A DNA stretch of 64,000 nt from the human T2T-CHM13v2.0 reference genome, Homo sapiens. A model generated the notes under the pieces. That model did not search any database and was not told the origin of the DNA. It saw only the letters and a list, made by a program, of their open reading frames with translations. Of this stretch, positions 1 to 13,790 are shown piece by piece. The first letter of the stretch is position 1, and the number at the start of each line of letters is the position of its first letter. Position numbers and translations under genes: made by a program. Location of the stretch: NCBI RefSeq assembly GCF_009914755.1, contig NC_060935.1, one strand, 5' to 3'.

Positions 1-44
1 AGAAGTGGAGGTGAGGTGTTGCCAAGAAAAAAATGAAATATGTA

Positions 45-250
45 GTTCACCAGTGTGGGTGAGCATACTGATAACACATTTATGCATTTTAGTGGAGAGT
101 TTGGGAATAAATTGGTGATAGGCACATAGAAAACTAAGCAAACGGGAGGAAATAAAGCAATTATTAACTCCAAAAAAACCTGAAAAGCCATGTAATAAAG
201 GAAATGTTTATGAGTATAAGGTGGATCAGCTGCATACAACATATTCAGCA
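45..250 (+). mobile_element. Old L1M (L1MC4-like) 3' UTR fragment
   Basis: TGATAGGCACATAGAAAACTAAGCAAA...GCAATTATTAACTCC resembles the L1MC 3' end; boundaries approximate. Confidence 0.55.
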
Positions 251-799
251 ACTTTTAATTTTTTTGAGTATAAACCCTGTAATGCTGTTTGCATTTTTAA
301 AGACATTTTAATAAAAATGAAAATTAATAAATAGGAATCACAATACTAAAGATAATATTTGATATATTTTATTTTGAAATATTTAATTTGTATTGGCCTC
401 ATCTTTTCAATTTGAAATCTTTGCTCTTGGGAAGGGGAATAAGAAAACTTAATTATAAGCACAATTTGCTGAAAAAGCACAGACTTACTAGGTTTAAAGT
501 AGTGTTTAATGATTAGACAATTTTCATTTAATAGATTTGTACATCTGCTTTGTTTGGTATTTGAATCTCATTGTGCTGTAGTCTGGATTTGCTACCCTTG
601 ATCAGATACTCACCCTTGGTTCAATCAATTCTATCTGGTACAGTGGAAGTAATGGTTCACCCAGGTCCCTGATAAGTCTGGGGGTAGAATATCTTCCCTT
701 AGAAAAGGCTAGAGTACAGCAGGCAATGTATTTGGCCTGTCTAATATAGTACATTACATATACATTTGGGAAAAATGTTGCAAATTCCATAAGAGTAGC

Positions 800-935
800 A
801 GCCTGACATTATGGGAAGAGCACAGGACTAAGTGTCAGGAGCTCTGGTTACTAATCATAGATGAGCCACCTTGTGATAGTGTGATCTTGACAATGTCACA
901 TTCTCACTCTGGACCTGTTTCCTTATTTGGCACGA
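800..935 (+). mobile_element. MIR SINE relic
   Basis: AAGAGCACAGGACT...TGTGATCTTGACAATGTCAC...CTCTGGACCTGTTTCCTTAT resembles the MIR core. Confidence 0.6.
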
Positions 936-957
936 CCACTGAATAAGATCTGTCTGA

Positions 958-1117
958 GCCAGCTGCAGTGACATCCACCTGTATGTAGTCCCAGTTCTTG
1001 GAAGACTGAGGCAGGAGGATGGAGGCCGGGAGTTTGAGGCTGTATGATTGCGCCTGTAAATAGCCACTTTTCTTCAGCCTGAGCATCACAGCAACACCCC
1101 AAATCTTTAAAAAAAAT
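958..1117 (+). mobile_element. FAM (fossil Alu monomer, 7SL-derived)
   Basis: Monomeric Alu-like sequence with FAM-type TGATTGCGCCTGTAAATAGCCAC, short A tail and flanking ATCTGTC repeats. Confidence 0.8.
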
Positions 1118-1169
1118 CTGTCAGCACATTAAAAATTACTTTACTCTATGTCAATAAAGTAATTAATAT

Positions 1170-1290
1170 AAATACAGATTCCCTTGAACTTCATGGACTT
1201 ATCAAATCAGAATCCTTAGGAGAAGGCTCTGGGAATCTATATTTTAAAAAATCCCTAGTGATTCTGACACAGCTAGCCTGACACAGGGAC
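1170..1290. mobile_element. MER5-type hAT DNA transposon relic
   Basis: AAATCAGAATCC...GGGAATCTATATTTTAAAAAATCCCTAGTGATTCTGA. Confidence 0.55.
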
Positions 1291-3784
1291 CTGTGTTCAG
1301 GATTTAAAAGATTATTTCTAGGGCCTTTTTCTACTAAAATTCAGTTTCCCTATAAAACTGCAGAGAAAAATTATTGAGAAAATGATTTTCATTATAAAAG
1401 AATATGTAGCTCTTGCATAAAGGGCAGCATTTCTAGCTAATTTTAAAATTTATTTTATATTATTTTAGGCATAGATAAGGAAGAAAAAAGTTTTGGAAAC
1501 TACTTCTGAGAGGGAAAAATATGCCTGAAATTAACCAACAGCCAGCTTGTACTTAACATACAAAATAAACAAAAGAATCAACTATTGTGTAAGGAGAGAA
1601 CCCCGAAATGTTCCTCGTTAATCGAAATTCAAGAGTATTAGCGTCGGGAAAGATCTAGAGAGTCAACTCCCTCATATTAAAGAAGAGAAGATGGATTGCT
1701 GTCCTACATTCAAAGGAGGCCATTAGGAGCATGAACCAAGGGAAGCTGGTTTTCCTTCTATGCCTCTGCCAGGTTATTAAATCACCAGGCCTCCTAATCA
1801 AGAATTGCTCTTCGTGTGGAAGAACTCCTCTTCACCTGTTGCTTCCTCATATTATTTCCTGCCTCAGAGATGTAGAGGAACTGTAAAATTAGAATAGGAT
1901 GTTTGGGTCTAGACAAATCCCAGTGAAAGCTAAATTATGGAAATTTAGTCTTTGTATAACAAATGAAAACCCTAAGTAGGCTGCCAAGGTACAAAAGCTT
2001 TCTTAACCCGAGACATTGCAAATACAACGTACTAAGTGAAAAAAGGAGTGGGTGGGGAACAGTGGGAGTAGAAGGCTGTCTAAAGGGAAGCTAGGAAAAT
2101 GGAAAGTAATATGGAGAAGCAACATGCTCCAAGTGGAGTGTTTTACTATTTCATTGCCTGTTGAACTGTACACAAATAGGCACTACTACATAAAATAGCT
2201 ATTTGAAACAGTTATGCCATTGCAGGGTAGAACATTACTCTCAAGTAAAGGCTTCTAACTGTACAATTAAAGTCTCAATCTTCTTTTTTTAACAGAATTT
2301 CTCTGATGTACTCAGCAAAGTAAAATTTTGAATAGATTATTTTATTTGAAGTGAATGATATTGTCAAATGTTAAAGAGTCTGCATTTTAAAATAATTTAA
2401 ACAATATATAAAAACACTTGGCCTAATTAAGTAATCATAACAGTATGGAAAAATCTCTTCAAGAGCACCTTTGAAGGGAAATTTTATCACAGATCTCAGA
2501 TCAGAACATAGAAACCCATCTGTGAGTTCCAGAGATCTAACATAAACCCTACTTTTCCTTGTAGGATGAGTTGCAGATTCTATTAAAGTGTAAGGGTTGA
2601 CTTTTTTAATGTCACTTGTTTCATCATCACTCTGTAGTACATGTAAAGGCACAGATTGATGTATTTTTCTGGCATCTTCCTGACGCACCCTTGCCCTATA
2701 TAAATCGGTTTGCCAGGATCTTGTTGCTTAAATTAGCGATTGCAAACTCTTGGTCCTGCCAACACAGCCGATTGTGCCAAGGTTCTCAGCATCTACTGGC
2801 ACATGAACTGTTGCCTTTTCTTTGGCTTTCTGCATGTACCTGGGGCCATCATCCTTCCTTCACAAAGCAGCAGTCTGGCTTAGTTGTCCCTGAGAAAGAC
2901 TTCAGGATTGGTTGGACTCAACTCTGGCCCTCTTCAGGTTGTGCATCCTGCACAATGTATTTTCAGCCACACAATGTATTGTTCAGGATTTGTCGTGCAC
3001 ATACTTGCAGATTGGCAGAGCCAACTGCCAGAGATGAGAACCTTTTAAGTTGTTGTCAAACGTCATAAAATGTGTTCCGTGATTAATTTTGTGGGCACAG
3101 ATTGGTTTTTGCACAGAGTCCAAAATTTAGGATATGTCACAGTGACTAAATGGCACCGGCATGCTGAATGAATTTGGAATTTGTTTTGTCAAGTGTGGGA
3201 GCAGGCACACAGATGGGCTTTGATCCAGTGGTGCTGCTTGGAATTCTCATTATAGCAATGATGTCACTTGTCACGTGGAGTAAGTGATAATGCTGCCAAA
3301 TTGTGGAAAAAGCAAGGCAAATAGGAAAGTACACAGACCAAGAGAAAGGACTTAGGTAGCACAGTAAGCTTTCACTATCAGATGAATGGACATAAACATT
3401 GCTTTTGGGCTGCCAAAAATATGCATAGTAAAAATACAGGCAGAAAGGAAAACTTCCAACTGAAAGGGCCCTTAAAGTAGGGCCCCTGTAATCCAAGAAG
3501 TCTTCACTTCTTAGAGAAAATCAAGTAAAGCAAACATGTCCTTGATTTTTATATTAGGCTATGAAAGAAATTTCTGAGCTGCAATCAAGAGTCTTTCTGC
3601 AATATCTAACCAAACCAAAGCCAAAGTATTTTGCTTTATAAAAAAAACCTTTGTCTATGAAGAAGATCAGCAGTCATGCTGGGAAATTGAAAAAAACAAA
3701 AACCTTATAGTGGCAAAGAAGTACAGTATACTCTCACCAAGCATGCACATCAGAATTCTCTGTAGGGCTTTAAAAATATATTCT

Positions 3785-4182
3785 TGATGCAGCTACAGCA
3801 GTGCTTAGAGGGAAATTTATAGCTATAAGTGCCTATATTAAAAAAAAGAAAAATATCAAATTAACAACCTAAACTTCTATCTTAAGACACTTAAAGCAAA
3901 ACAAACTAAACTCAAACTAAGTAGCAGAAAGGAAACAACAAAAGTTAGGGCAGAACTAGAATAAAATAACGATACAGAATAGGAAAACATAGAATATAAA
4001 TAAAAACAATTGAGAAAGATGATGAAACCAAAATCTGGTTCCTTGAAAAGATCAACAAAATTGACAATGCTTTAACTAGACTGACCAGGAAAAAAAGAGG
4101 AATTACTAAAATCAGGAATGAAACGGGACATTTCTACTAACCTTACAAGAATAAAAAAGAATATTAGGAAATACTATAAAAA
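3785..4182 (+). mobile_element. L1M ORF2 fragment
   Basis: GATGCAGCTACAGCAGTGCTTAGAGGGAAATTTATAGC...TTGAAAAGATCAACAAAATTGAC, A-rich L1 ORF2 sequence. Confidence 0.85.
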
Positions 4183-4482
4183 TCTCTCTCTCTTGCCACA
4201 CACGCAGTATATACTATATATAACTGAATGTATGTCATGTAACTTATCTAATTTGTTGAAAAATATATTTGTCACACAATTCACGTCAGAGGGTCACCAT
4301 GTAAATTTTGATTCAAAAACTCGAGTATGGCATGAACATTTGTATTTTCTGAAAATATAAAGGTTTTTGTGAGTGACATGTACTTTTTGTTGAGAACCAT
4401 TGATCTACCACATGGAAGGCATAAAAATTGTGGAATTACAATTAAATATGCATCAATTAGAATTAGGTATAGCTGCATATAA

Positions 4483-5068
<586 letters not shown>

Positions 5069-5114
5069 CTCACAAAAGTCCAAAATAATAGTGCATTTAA
5101 AGTGAATGAAAGAA

Positions 5115-5560
5115 ATCCATAGATAGGTAACTTGGTGCAAGTATGACAGCCCCATGGTATCACCAGGATCCCAGCTTTTTTCATTTTGCATCACCATCCT
5201 AGGACATGGCTTCCATAGTCAAGTTCACTCATAATCTGAGATGGCTGCAGGAATTTCAGTCATTACATGTGAGTTGCATGCCAGAAAAAAAGAATAAGGA
5301 ATTGCAGAAGGGTAAAAATCACCCTTTCCAGTTGAATAAGCATCTTTAAAGCACCCTTTTCAGATGTCCAACATAATATTTTGACCTATATCTTCTTAGC
5401 CAGACTCAGTTACATGTCTCCATCTTACTGCAAAAGAACTAGGAAGTAAAATCTTTTATTTTGAGTGACAAAGAGCCCAGCTACAAAATCTCAACTCTGT
5501 CCCCAAGGAAGAAAGGTAAAATAAATATGGGGATAAGCCTTCAGCAAGCTTTGCCATACT
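5115..5560 (-). mobile_element. Old MaLR LTR (MLT1J/K-like)
   Basis: GATGGCTGCAG...GCCAGACTCAGTTACATG...ACTGCAAAAGAACTAGGAAGT...CCCAGCTACAAAATC motifs. Confidence 0.6.
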
Positions 5561-6016
5561 ACACCACAACTTCTGGAAATTACCTTTAAACCTAGTTCCT
5601 GCAGCATTCCCGGTCAATAGATTTATTTCCCTTCATTGGAAAGTTTTCAACTTAACTCAAAAACGTTTACTAGCAGGTGCTACAGGAGAGAGGAGAAATG
5701 TCAGATGTGTTCATGTCCTTGAGGAACTTTCAGGCAATTTCAGCAAACGGAAACTACACCAATGAGACAGTAGGAATGTTATCTACCTGTATGTACTGCA
5801 ATGCTATGTTTTATGGTTTGGACCACTACTTTATATTTTAAACCTAAAAACCCATTGTCTGCAAACTGACTCAAACTAAATTGAAATAAGCCACATTACT
5901 GTTTTAACCCAAACTGATTCTGAAAGCTAGTATTTACTCAACTACAAACCATTCAGTAGTGTGAAGATTAAACAAACAAGCAAACAAAAAAACCCTCTCC
6001 AGATCCTCCAGATCCA

Positions 6017-6044
6017 TGTTTCCCCTTCCTTCCTTTCCTGTCTG

Positions 6045-6131
<87 letters not shown>

Positions 6132-6345
6132 TTTCTTTCTTTCTTTCTTTTCTTTCTTTCCTTCCTTCCTTCCTTTCTTTCTTTCTTTCTTTTTCTCTTT
6201 CCTTCTTTCATTCTCTTTCTTTCCTTCTTCCTTCCTTCTTTCCTTCTCTTTCTTTCCTTCTTCCTTCCTTCCTTCTTTCCTTCTCTTTCTTTCCTTCTTC
6301 CTTCCTTCCTTCTTTCCTTCTTTCTTTCTTCCTTTCTTCCTTTCT
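6017..6345 (+). repeat. Polypyrimidine microsatellite, (TTTC)19 plus TTCC/TCTT variants, derived from an Alu tail
   Basis: Directly visible; about 330 bp almost free of purines, adjoining an antisense Alu. Confidence 0.97.
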
Positions 6346-6597
6346 CGCCCAGGCTGAAGTGCAGTGGTCCAATCTTGGCTCACTGCAACCTCTGCCTTGA
6401 TTCTCCTGCCTCAGCCTCCCGAGTAGCTAGGATTACAGGCACCTGTGACCATGCCAGGGTAATTTATTTTTTATTTTTAGTAGAGACGGGATATCACCTT
6501 GTTGGCTAGGCTGGTCTCAAGCTCCTGATCTCAAGTGATTTGCCTGCCTCAGCCTCCCAAAATGCTAGGATTACAGGCATGAACCACCATTCCCTGT
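6346..6597 (-). mobile_element. Alu (S/J-type, small internal deletion)
   Basis: CGCCCAGGCTGAAGTGCAGTGG...GGATTACAGGCATGAACCACC. Confidence 0.93.
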
Positions 6598-6739
6598 TCT
6601 TAGTGTTTCTTATAACTTCCCAGATATGAACAAAACCTTGCAAAAGAGCATTTCAATAATCTTTAGCTTCTCGATCTTCCAACTGATGTGGCCATCAAAT
6701 GGCTAGTCAGAAGACAAATAGATGAAGACAATAGCTTTA

Positions 6740-7625
6740 TTAAAGTCAATTCAAATTATGACCTACTATGGTAAGACACTGTGCTGGGGTCTAGAGGCAC
6801 CAGGACTTCACCCTTCTCTCAACAGCTCACAAACCCAGTGGAAAGGGTCAGACATATAAGCAACCAACAGAAACAAAGGAGATGGCATTAAATATTATTC
6901 TGCTCTTGTTGCTTTAGTTGTTGCTGCTTATTGTTGGTCTTGTTGTTGCTTTAGTTATAGGGGTTTTTAACAGAGTTGCAAAGTGTTGTGGAGTAATGAG
7001 TGGGGAGAAATGATTTCTCACTGGAGGTAACCAGAAAACAGATTAGAGAGCAGTGATTCTCAACCAGGGGCAATTTTCAAACCCATAGGACATTTGGCAA
7101 TATTTGGAGATATTTTTAATGGTTATGACAATGGATAGATGGATAGTCAGGGTGAGGGTTGGTACTGGCACGTAGTGAGTAGAGGTCAGAGATGCTGCTA
7201 AGCATTTTTCAATGCATAAGACAACTCCCTACAACAAAGACTTACTCAGCATAAAATGTCAGTAGTACCTAGGTTGAGAAACCCTGCTTGAATAAGATGG
7301 ATACGTTGTACAAGAAGGATCAGAATTTTCACAAGTGGATGAATGGGGACAAGAATCCCAGAGAGAGTACTAAATGAGCAAAGCCCCATTGGAAAAAAAA
7401 TATAGGCCCTGTTCAGGAAGTAGGAGGGAGGGCTTCAGTGGGGTATAGGTTACACAACGGAACCTGAGGAAGCTGTAAAAGGAAAGGGGGCTTAGCATTT
7501 AGATTGAGGCTGAGTGCAAGCTGCTAAAGTTTGGATTTTATTCTTTTGGCCAGAGTGAGCTATTGAAGGATTTAAAAAATGGAAGCAATAGGATTAAAAG
7601 TGTGTTTTAGAAATAAAATCAGAGG
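6740..7625 (-). mobile_element. L2 relics interrupted by MER20
   Basis: CCTACTATGGTAAGACACTGTGCTGGGG and GTTTGGATTTTATTCT...GAGCTATTGAAGGATTT L2 3' motifs. Confidence 0.55.
7051..7286 (+). mobile_element. MER20 hAT-Charlie DNA transposon
   Basis: Termini CAGTGATTCTCAACC...GGTTGAGAAACCCTG; internal GGACATTTGGCAAT and AGAGATGCTGCTAA. Confidence 0.9.
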
Positions 7626-8059
7626 GAAAAGCTTTGATTCTCATAGCAGATTGTAAGAAAATTCCTTTAAGGGAGTCACCCTTATTTTGGGTGTTGTCTG
7701 ATGTTTATTAACCTCTGGTTGTTGGAAAATAGCAAAACTGCAGAGAAGGGAGAAATTCTGCATATTTGGGCCTGGGTTGGATGGGCAGTGAGGGGTGAGG
7801 AAGGCCAAGGGAATGAGAGAGTGGTGCAATGCTGATGTTTGTGCTGTGAGACCCTTCTTCATGGCTTCCAGAGCTTTGGTAATCTTTACAAAAATTATAA
7901 TATGCTTGTGCTTGGATTTCTTGTGCAAAATGACTATATTTGGGTTGATTGTGAAGATTGGGAGAGGAGGTTGGTGACAATGGTGCAATGGTAGCATAGA
8001 AGTAATAATTTGGATGCTTCTATAATGGGCAGTTTCTTCTCCTACTTCTTCCTTTCAGA

Positions 8060-8385
8060 TCCTGTAGTCCTGTCCCACAGAACTGCTCATGCTTCTCCAG
8101 TACGCCAGTCTGCATCATACTTACATGCTCTTCTTTCTGCTTGGCACGCTTTCCTTTTCTAACAAACTTCTGCTCATCCTTCAAGACCCACTTCAAATGT
8201 TCCATTCTCTGCTCTGCCCTGTATACAAAATATCAATATTGTATTGTGTTTGCTAAAGTGTTTATTTTCCCCAACCAGAGAGTGAGCCCCTTCACGGCTA
8301 AGAATGGCATTGTAATCATCACTGACTCTCCAGCAGGTAGCAAAGCATATTACCGAAGCTCCTTGATCATTTGCTGAATGAACCA
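8060..8385 (+). mobile_element. L2 3' end relic
   Basis: TCATCCTTCAAGACCCACTTCAAATGT...ATTTGCTGAATGAA terminal motif. Confidence 0.6.
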
Positions 8386-10163
8386 TGGGTAATAAAATCA
8401 GTGAGTGGCAGAAAGATTGTGGCTCTGGGCCTACATAGCCTTTGCCTGGTTGCTGTTAGAACTACATTTTCTTCTCTTTATTAATTTTATATTTTAAACT
8501 TCATCCCCAAGCTTAAACATTTCCTTCCAATAGATGATATTCTATCAGGAAGAGAAAAAAAAAAAAACCCAAAGTACAACTTTAATCCTTGAGTGAATGG
8601 GCTAAAATCAGGTTTCAATATGCTTTTTAGAATACTTCCATGTAATTAATTTAACATTGACCTGCTTATTAAGAGTCCATTATTAAGGAAACAATTGTAA
8701 AAGTCATTAAGGGCATTTCCACAGATCTTAGCTACTGACTCATCTTGCTAGTTCTCAATAAACGTGACCTGAAAATCTCTCATTCGCAGTATCAGGTAAA
8801 ATGTTATTTTTCTAACCATTAGGAAACATTTACTCTTGGGCTGATTTTTATGTGTTTTTATTGTTGTTGTTAATGTGAAGAAAGTCCTATACAGGAACAG
8901 CTGCGCATATGGGTAAATGCCTGGGAATGGTTTAAAGATGCCTTTTCAAAACATCTTCCCCACACTGGTATTATTCAATGCCTCTGTCTCAACAATTAAT
9001 AAGTATTTCCTTTTGAGTTAAACCATGAAGTATATAGTCACACTAGCTCATTTTGAGATAGGGCAAGACTCTTCTGGCATCAGAAACCCATATTTGGAAT
9101 GTGGATATTTTGTCTTTTCTGTTTGTTATTTCATCTTATGTTTTCCTTCAGGATTTAGTAAAATTCTTTATGAAAGTATAAGCTGGCTTAGGTTAGGGGT
9201 TTTCAACTCTGCTAGGGGGCAAGTTTAATGAGGGAGCCATTCATCCTGGATCTGAGGAAGTCGTAAAGATGACACCAAAGTTTCAAAGGGCCCCAGAACC
9301 CTGGCAAAGTTCTGGCATGACCCTCATCCCTCGTCCCCCAACACTGACAGCCTCTCCACCACAATCTGCCTAAGAGACAATCCAGGACAATCTCGCCACT
9401 CCCTTCATCCCATATACCAAACTATAAGGTCATTCCTAATAGTCTAGATCTACATCCTGTTTGTTTATTCCCTATTCTGACCCCATTGCCCATTTCCCAC
9501 TTCCACCCCTTTTCTGTGCTCTGTGGCCCATTATCGGCTAAAGCCCTCATATTCTCAACCTTTTCTCTTAGTGTCTCCTACACATTATTTTTTTAACTGA
9601 AACCTGGACCTCTGAGTCCTGCTTTCTTGTAGCCTGGTTGAGTGGTGCTTATTTTCTTTTCCACACCCCTTTGAGTTAAGGCAGGAAGCCTGTAATTATT
9701 CCAGGTTCCTTTAGGATAGAGTATGACTCTTGTGAGACCAGAAACATATAGCCTATATTTGGAATGTGAATTTGAATAGAATTCCGGACTTAGAGATGGG
9801 GAGATGTCTCCCTGGTTTTTATTGCTCCTATTAGACCAAGTTCTCTTCTCCCTTGGTGTGAAATTTAGACATCATTACCAGCTACCCTTTCTTATTGCAG
9901 TTATCTGCTGACTGGGTTACTTTCCACGTTCTTTGAAGATGTAAACTCCCAGCTTATCCGCACTTGTTTGTGACAACAATTTGTCTGTCACAATTCCTAG
10001 ATGATCATTTCAATACTCTCTGGCATCTGAGTCCCTTGACCTCTTCTCCTATAATGATTTCATTCTCTTCCAACCTCAGCCACTCATGCTCATGGAATGA
10101 GCCATTCATAGCCTCCCCTCAACTTTGTCCTTATCAATAACTCCTCATCTTCCATAATCTCCA

Positions 10164-10253
10164 TCTCCCATCCAAGAACTAACCAGGTCCGACCATGCTT
10201 AGCTTCTGAGCTCAGACAAGATCAAGCATGTTCAGGGTGGTATAGCCATAGAT
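10164..10253 (-). pseudogene. 5S rRNA retropseudogene (nt 1-90, tailless)
   Basis: TCTCCCATCCAAGAACTAACCAGGTCCGACCATGCTTAGCTTCTGAGCTCAGACAAGATC...TTCAGGGTGGTATAGCCATAGA is the reverse complement of 5S rRNA with CpG decay. Confidence 0.95.
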
Positions 10254-10980
10254 CAAAATCTCAATCTCAAGCATTCTACCCTAGGCCCACCACCTCATAT
10301 CTTTCCAGCTCACTGTCCCTCACATTCTGACTTAAAAATCCGTTGACCTAACAATGAATTTGTCCTACCATCTTTTCACTGTCCTTTACATCCTGTGTAT
10401 CCTTACCTCCTTATCCATCCTAGATCTTATAGTCTATCATAATCATCACTCACTTTATACAACTGTAACTCCCTGGAGCCTCTTTCATGTTTTTTTTCCT
10501 TCTTTGGAAAACCCCCAATCCTAGTTATTTGCAGCCCTTTTCTTACTCTGTACCTGTTTTCTGGTTGCTGAACTTGGCTGGAGGAAAGTACCCAATCTAC
10601 TGCTTGGTATCACTTTAAACTCATGAGCCCCCAAATTTAAGTGGGCCCAGCAATTCTAATTCATTCAAAGAGTTTGTGAACTCTTGCTTCACAAACATGA
10701 TCTCAAACCTTCTGCTCTCTCCTCAAACTTTTGCGACTTCTTGGTTCTTTATTCTCAGCTGATGGCCTTGATTTCTTTTACACGGCGAAAATGGAAACAA
10801 TCAGAGGAGACCTTCCACATGTGGTTCCCATCACTTCTTCCAAACCTGCTTGCATCTTCGCCTGTGTCCCCTCATCCATTCTGTCCTCTGAGGAACTGTC
10901 CATGGGTCTGTCCAAGGCACAGCCCTCCTGTTCTACACTAGGTCCCAGGATCTCACATCTACTCAAGGAGATCACTCTAG

Positions 10981-11400
<420 letters not shown>

Positions 11401-11971
11401 TAAATATGCTTTATTTCTATATTAAAATACTTTCCCTTGATCTCAAGCTTCCCTGCAGCTACCTTTGCATTTTTCTTATCTTCTTTATAACAAAACTTCT
11501 TCAAAGTATTGTTCATACTTGTAGTATCCATTTCTGCTCTCTTACTCTCTCTTCAATAACTCTAAGTAGACTTTTATCTACACCACTCCACCAAAACAAC
11601 CCCGTCAGCATCTCCAGTGACTTCCATGTTGTCAAAGCGAATTGTCAGTTTTCAGTCCTTATCTCACTCGAAACAATTGATCACTGCCTCCTTGATACAT
11701 TTTCTTCATTTGATTTCTGGGATATCATCCTTTCAAGTCTGAGCACTTACAGTGTGGCCATCTCAAATAGAGATGTCTGAGTCTTCTATCAAAATCTTCG
11801 CTGACCTTATTGGGTACTTTCTCAATCTTTCTAATGGTTTCTCTTACTTGGCTTCTTAATTTTGGAGGACCCTGAGAATTCTATCCTTAGACCTGTTCTT
11901 TGTCTACACTCACTCACTAGATGACCTCATTTGGTCTAATAACTACATACTATCTAATAACTATATACTAT

Positions 11972-12305
11972 CAGTGCTATCCCATACAAATATAATGCAA
12001 GCCACATTGTAGATAGGTGAGTCACAGATATAATTTTGAATTTTCTAATGGCCACATTAAAAAATGAAAAGGAAACAGGTTAGATTAATTTGGTAACATA
12101 TTTTATTCAGCCCAACATATTAAAAAATTAACATTTCAACATGTAATCAATGTAAAATGAGTAATGAGATGTTTTTCATTTTTTAAAAATATTATTTGAA
12201 TTTCAGTGTTCATTGGCATTTATAGCACATCTCAATTTGAACTAGCCACGTTTTAAGTGCTCAGTAGCTGCATGTGGCTAGTGGCTACTATATTAGATAG
12301 CACAG
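11972..12305. mobile_element. MER33 (MER3-family hAT) DNA transposon
   Basis: CAGTGCTATCCCATACAAATATAATGCAAGCCACA...ATGTGGCTAGTGGCTACTATATTAGATAGCACAG. Confidence 0.85.
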
Positions 12306-12373
12306 ACCTATATGCTGGACATTGGCTTTTACTGAGTGAGATAGCCAATGGAAAGGTTTTTTATATACAAAGT

Positions 12374-12512
12374 TTTAAATTTAAAAATATATATACAGAT
12401 AGGGTCTTACTATGTTGACCAGGCTGGTCTCAAACTCCTGGCCTCATGTGATCCTCCCATCTCAGCTTCCCAAAGTGCTGGGATTTACAGGCATGAGCCA
12501 CTGTGCCCAGCC
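12374..12512 (-). mobile_element. FLAM / Alu left monomer
   Basis: Monomeric antisense Alu with TSD-like AATGGAAAG on both sides. Confidence 0.85.
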
Positions 12513-12551
12513 CAAATGGAAAGTGTTGGGGAGGGAAATGACATGACTACT

Positions 12552-12863
<312 letters not shown>

Positions 12864-13279
12864 ATACTACTCATTTTTAAAAGGCCATCCTGGCTGCTCC
12901 GTTGAAAATAAACAATGTGGGAGTAAGGGGGCAGCAGAGAGACCAGCTAGAAGGTTAGTATAGGTCAAAGATGAAGGAGAGAGTGGGATAGACTGGAAGA
13001 AAAGTGGTATGTTGAAGGTAGAACATGTTGAAGAATAGGATTTCCAGATGAATTGTACAGAAAGAAAGCAGTCCAGGGTGATCCCTGGATTTTTAATCTG
13101 AACCACTGGAGGAATTGGAAGAATAGAGTTGCCTTTAGGTGAGATGGGGAGGACTGAGATCAATAAATTTTGGAGAAGCAGAGATCAGTAGTTTGAATTT
13201 TGGATTTGTTAAGTTTGAGTTTTCCATTAAACGAACAGACGAAAACCACAAACAACAACAAAAAAATGAAGATAGCTTC

Positions 13280-13790
13280 TGATAGCAACATGTGTCATGA
13301 AGAAAAGAAAATAGCCATAGAGTGACTGAGGAGGAGTTTCTTAGACAAGCTTGTCAGTGAAAGCGTCTCTGAAGAAGGGGCATTTGAACTGAGTCCTGAA
13401 TGATGAAATGAGGCCAGCCAAACAAAAATCTGGAAGAAAATCATTTTTAGTTAGAGGGTACTACAAAGATAAAAGCTTGGAGGCAGGAATATCTGAGAGA
13501 CAGAAAAGCGGCCAATGTGTCTGAAGTGGGTAAGATGGAGAAGCAGATAGGGACCAGTCATACAGTGCCTTGTCAGTCACAGTGAAGGAGTTTGGATGCT
13601 ATTTTATGCACTGAAGGAAGCCTTTGGGAGGTTTTAAGCTAGACGTAGCATGATCTGATTTATGTATTACAAAGAAAACTCTGGCTCCTGGATGGCGCAT
13701 GGATTTGTATTATACTAATTATTATTGCTATTATTATTACAGGAGACAAAAGTAGAAGCAAGGAGAGCAATTAGAAGCTTTTACACTAAC
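13280..13790 (-). mobile_element. L2 3' region relic
   Basis: CTCTGAAGAAGGGGCATTTGAACTGAGTCCTGAATGA...CATGATCTGATTTATGT. Confidence 0.7.

Noticed and set aside
958-1117. 7SL RNA gene
   Set aside because: Lacks the S domain and is highly diverged; matches a fossil Alu monomer
2371-3496. Three ORFs over 100 aa in unique sequence
   Set aside because: No recognisable domain or exon structure; lengths are compatible with chance
5934-6509. Long Lys/Arg/Glu-rich and Phe/Ser/Leu-rich ORFs
   Set aside because: Translations of the TTTC microsatellite and the adjoining Alu
10164-10253. Functional 5S rRNA gene
   Set aside because: 3'-truncated, many substitutions, single copy with TSD and no terminator
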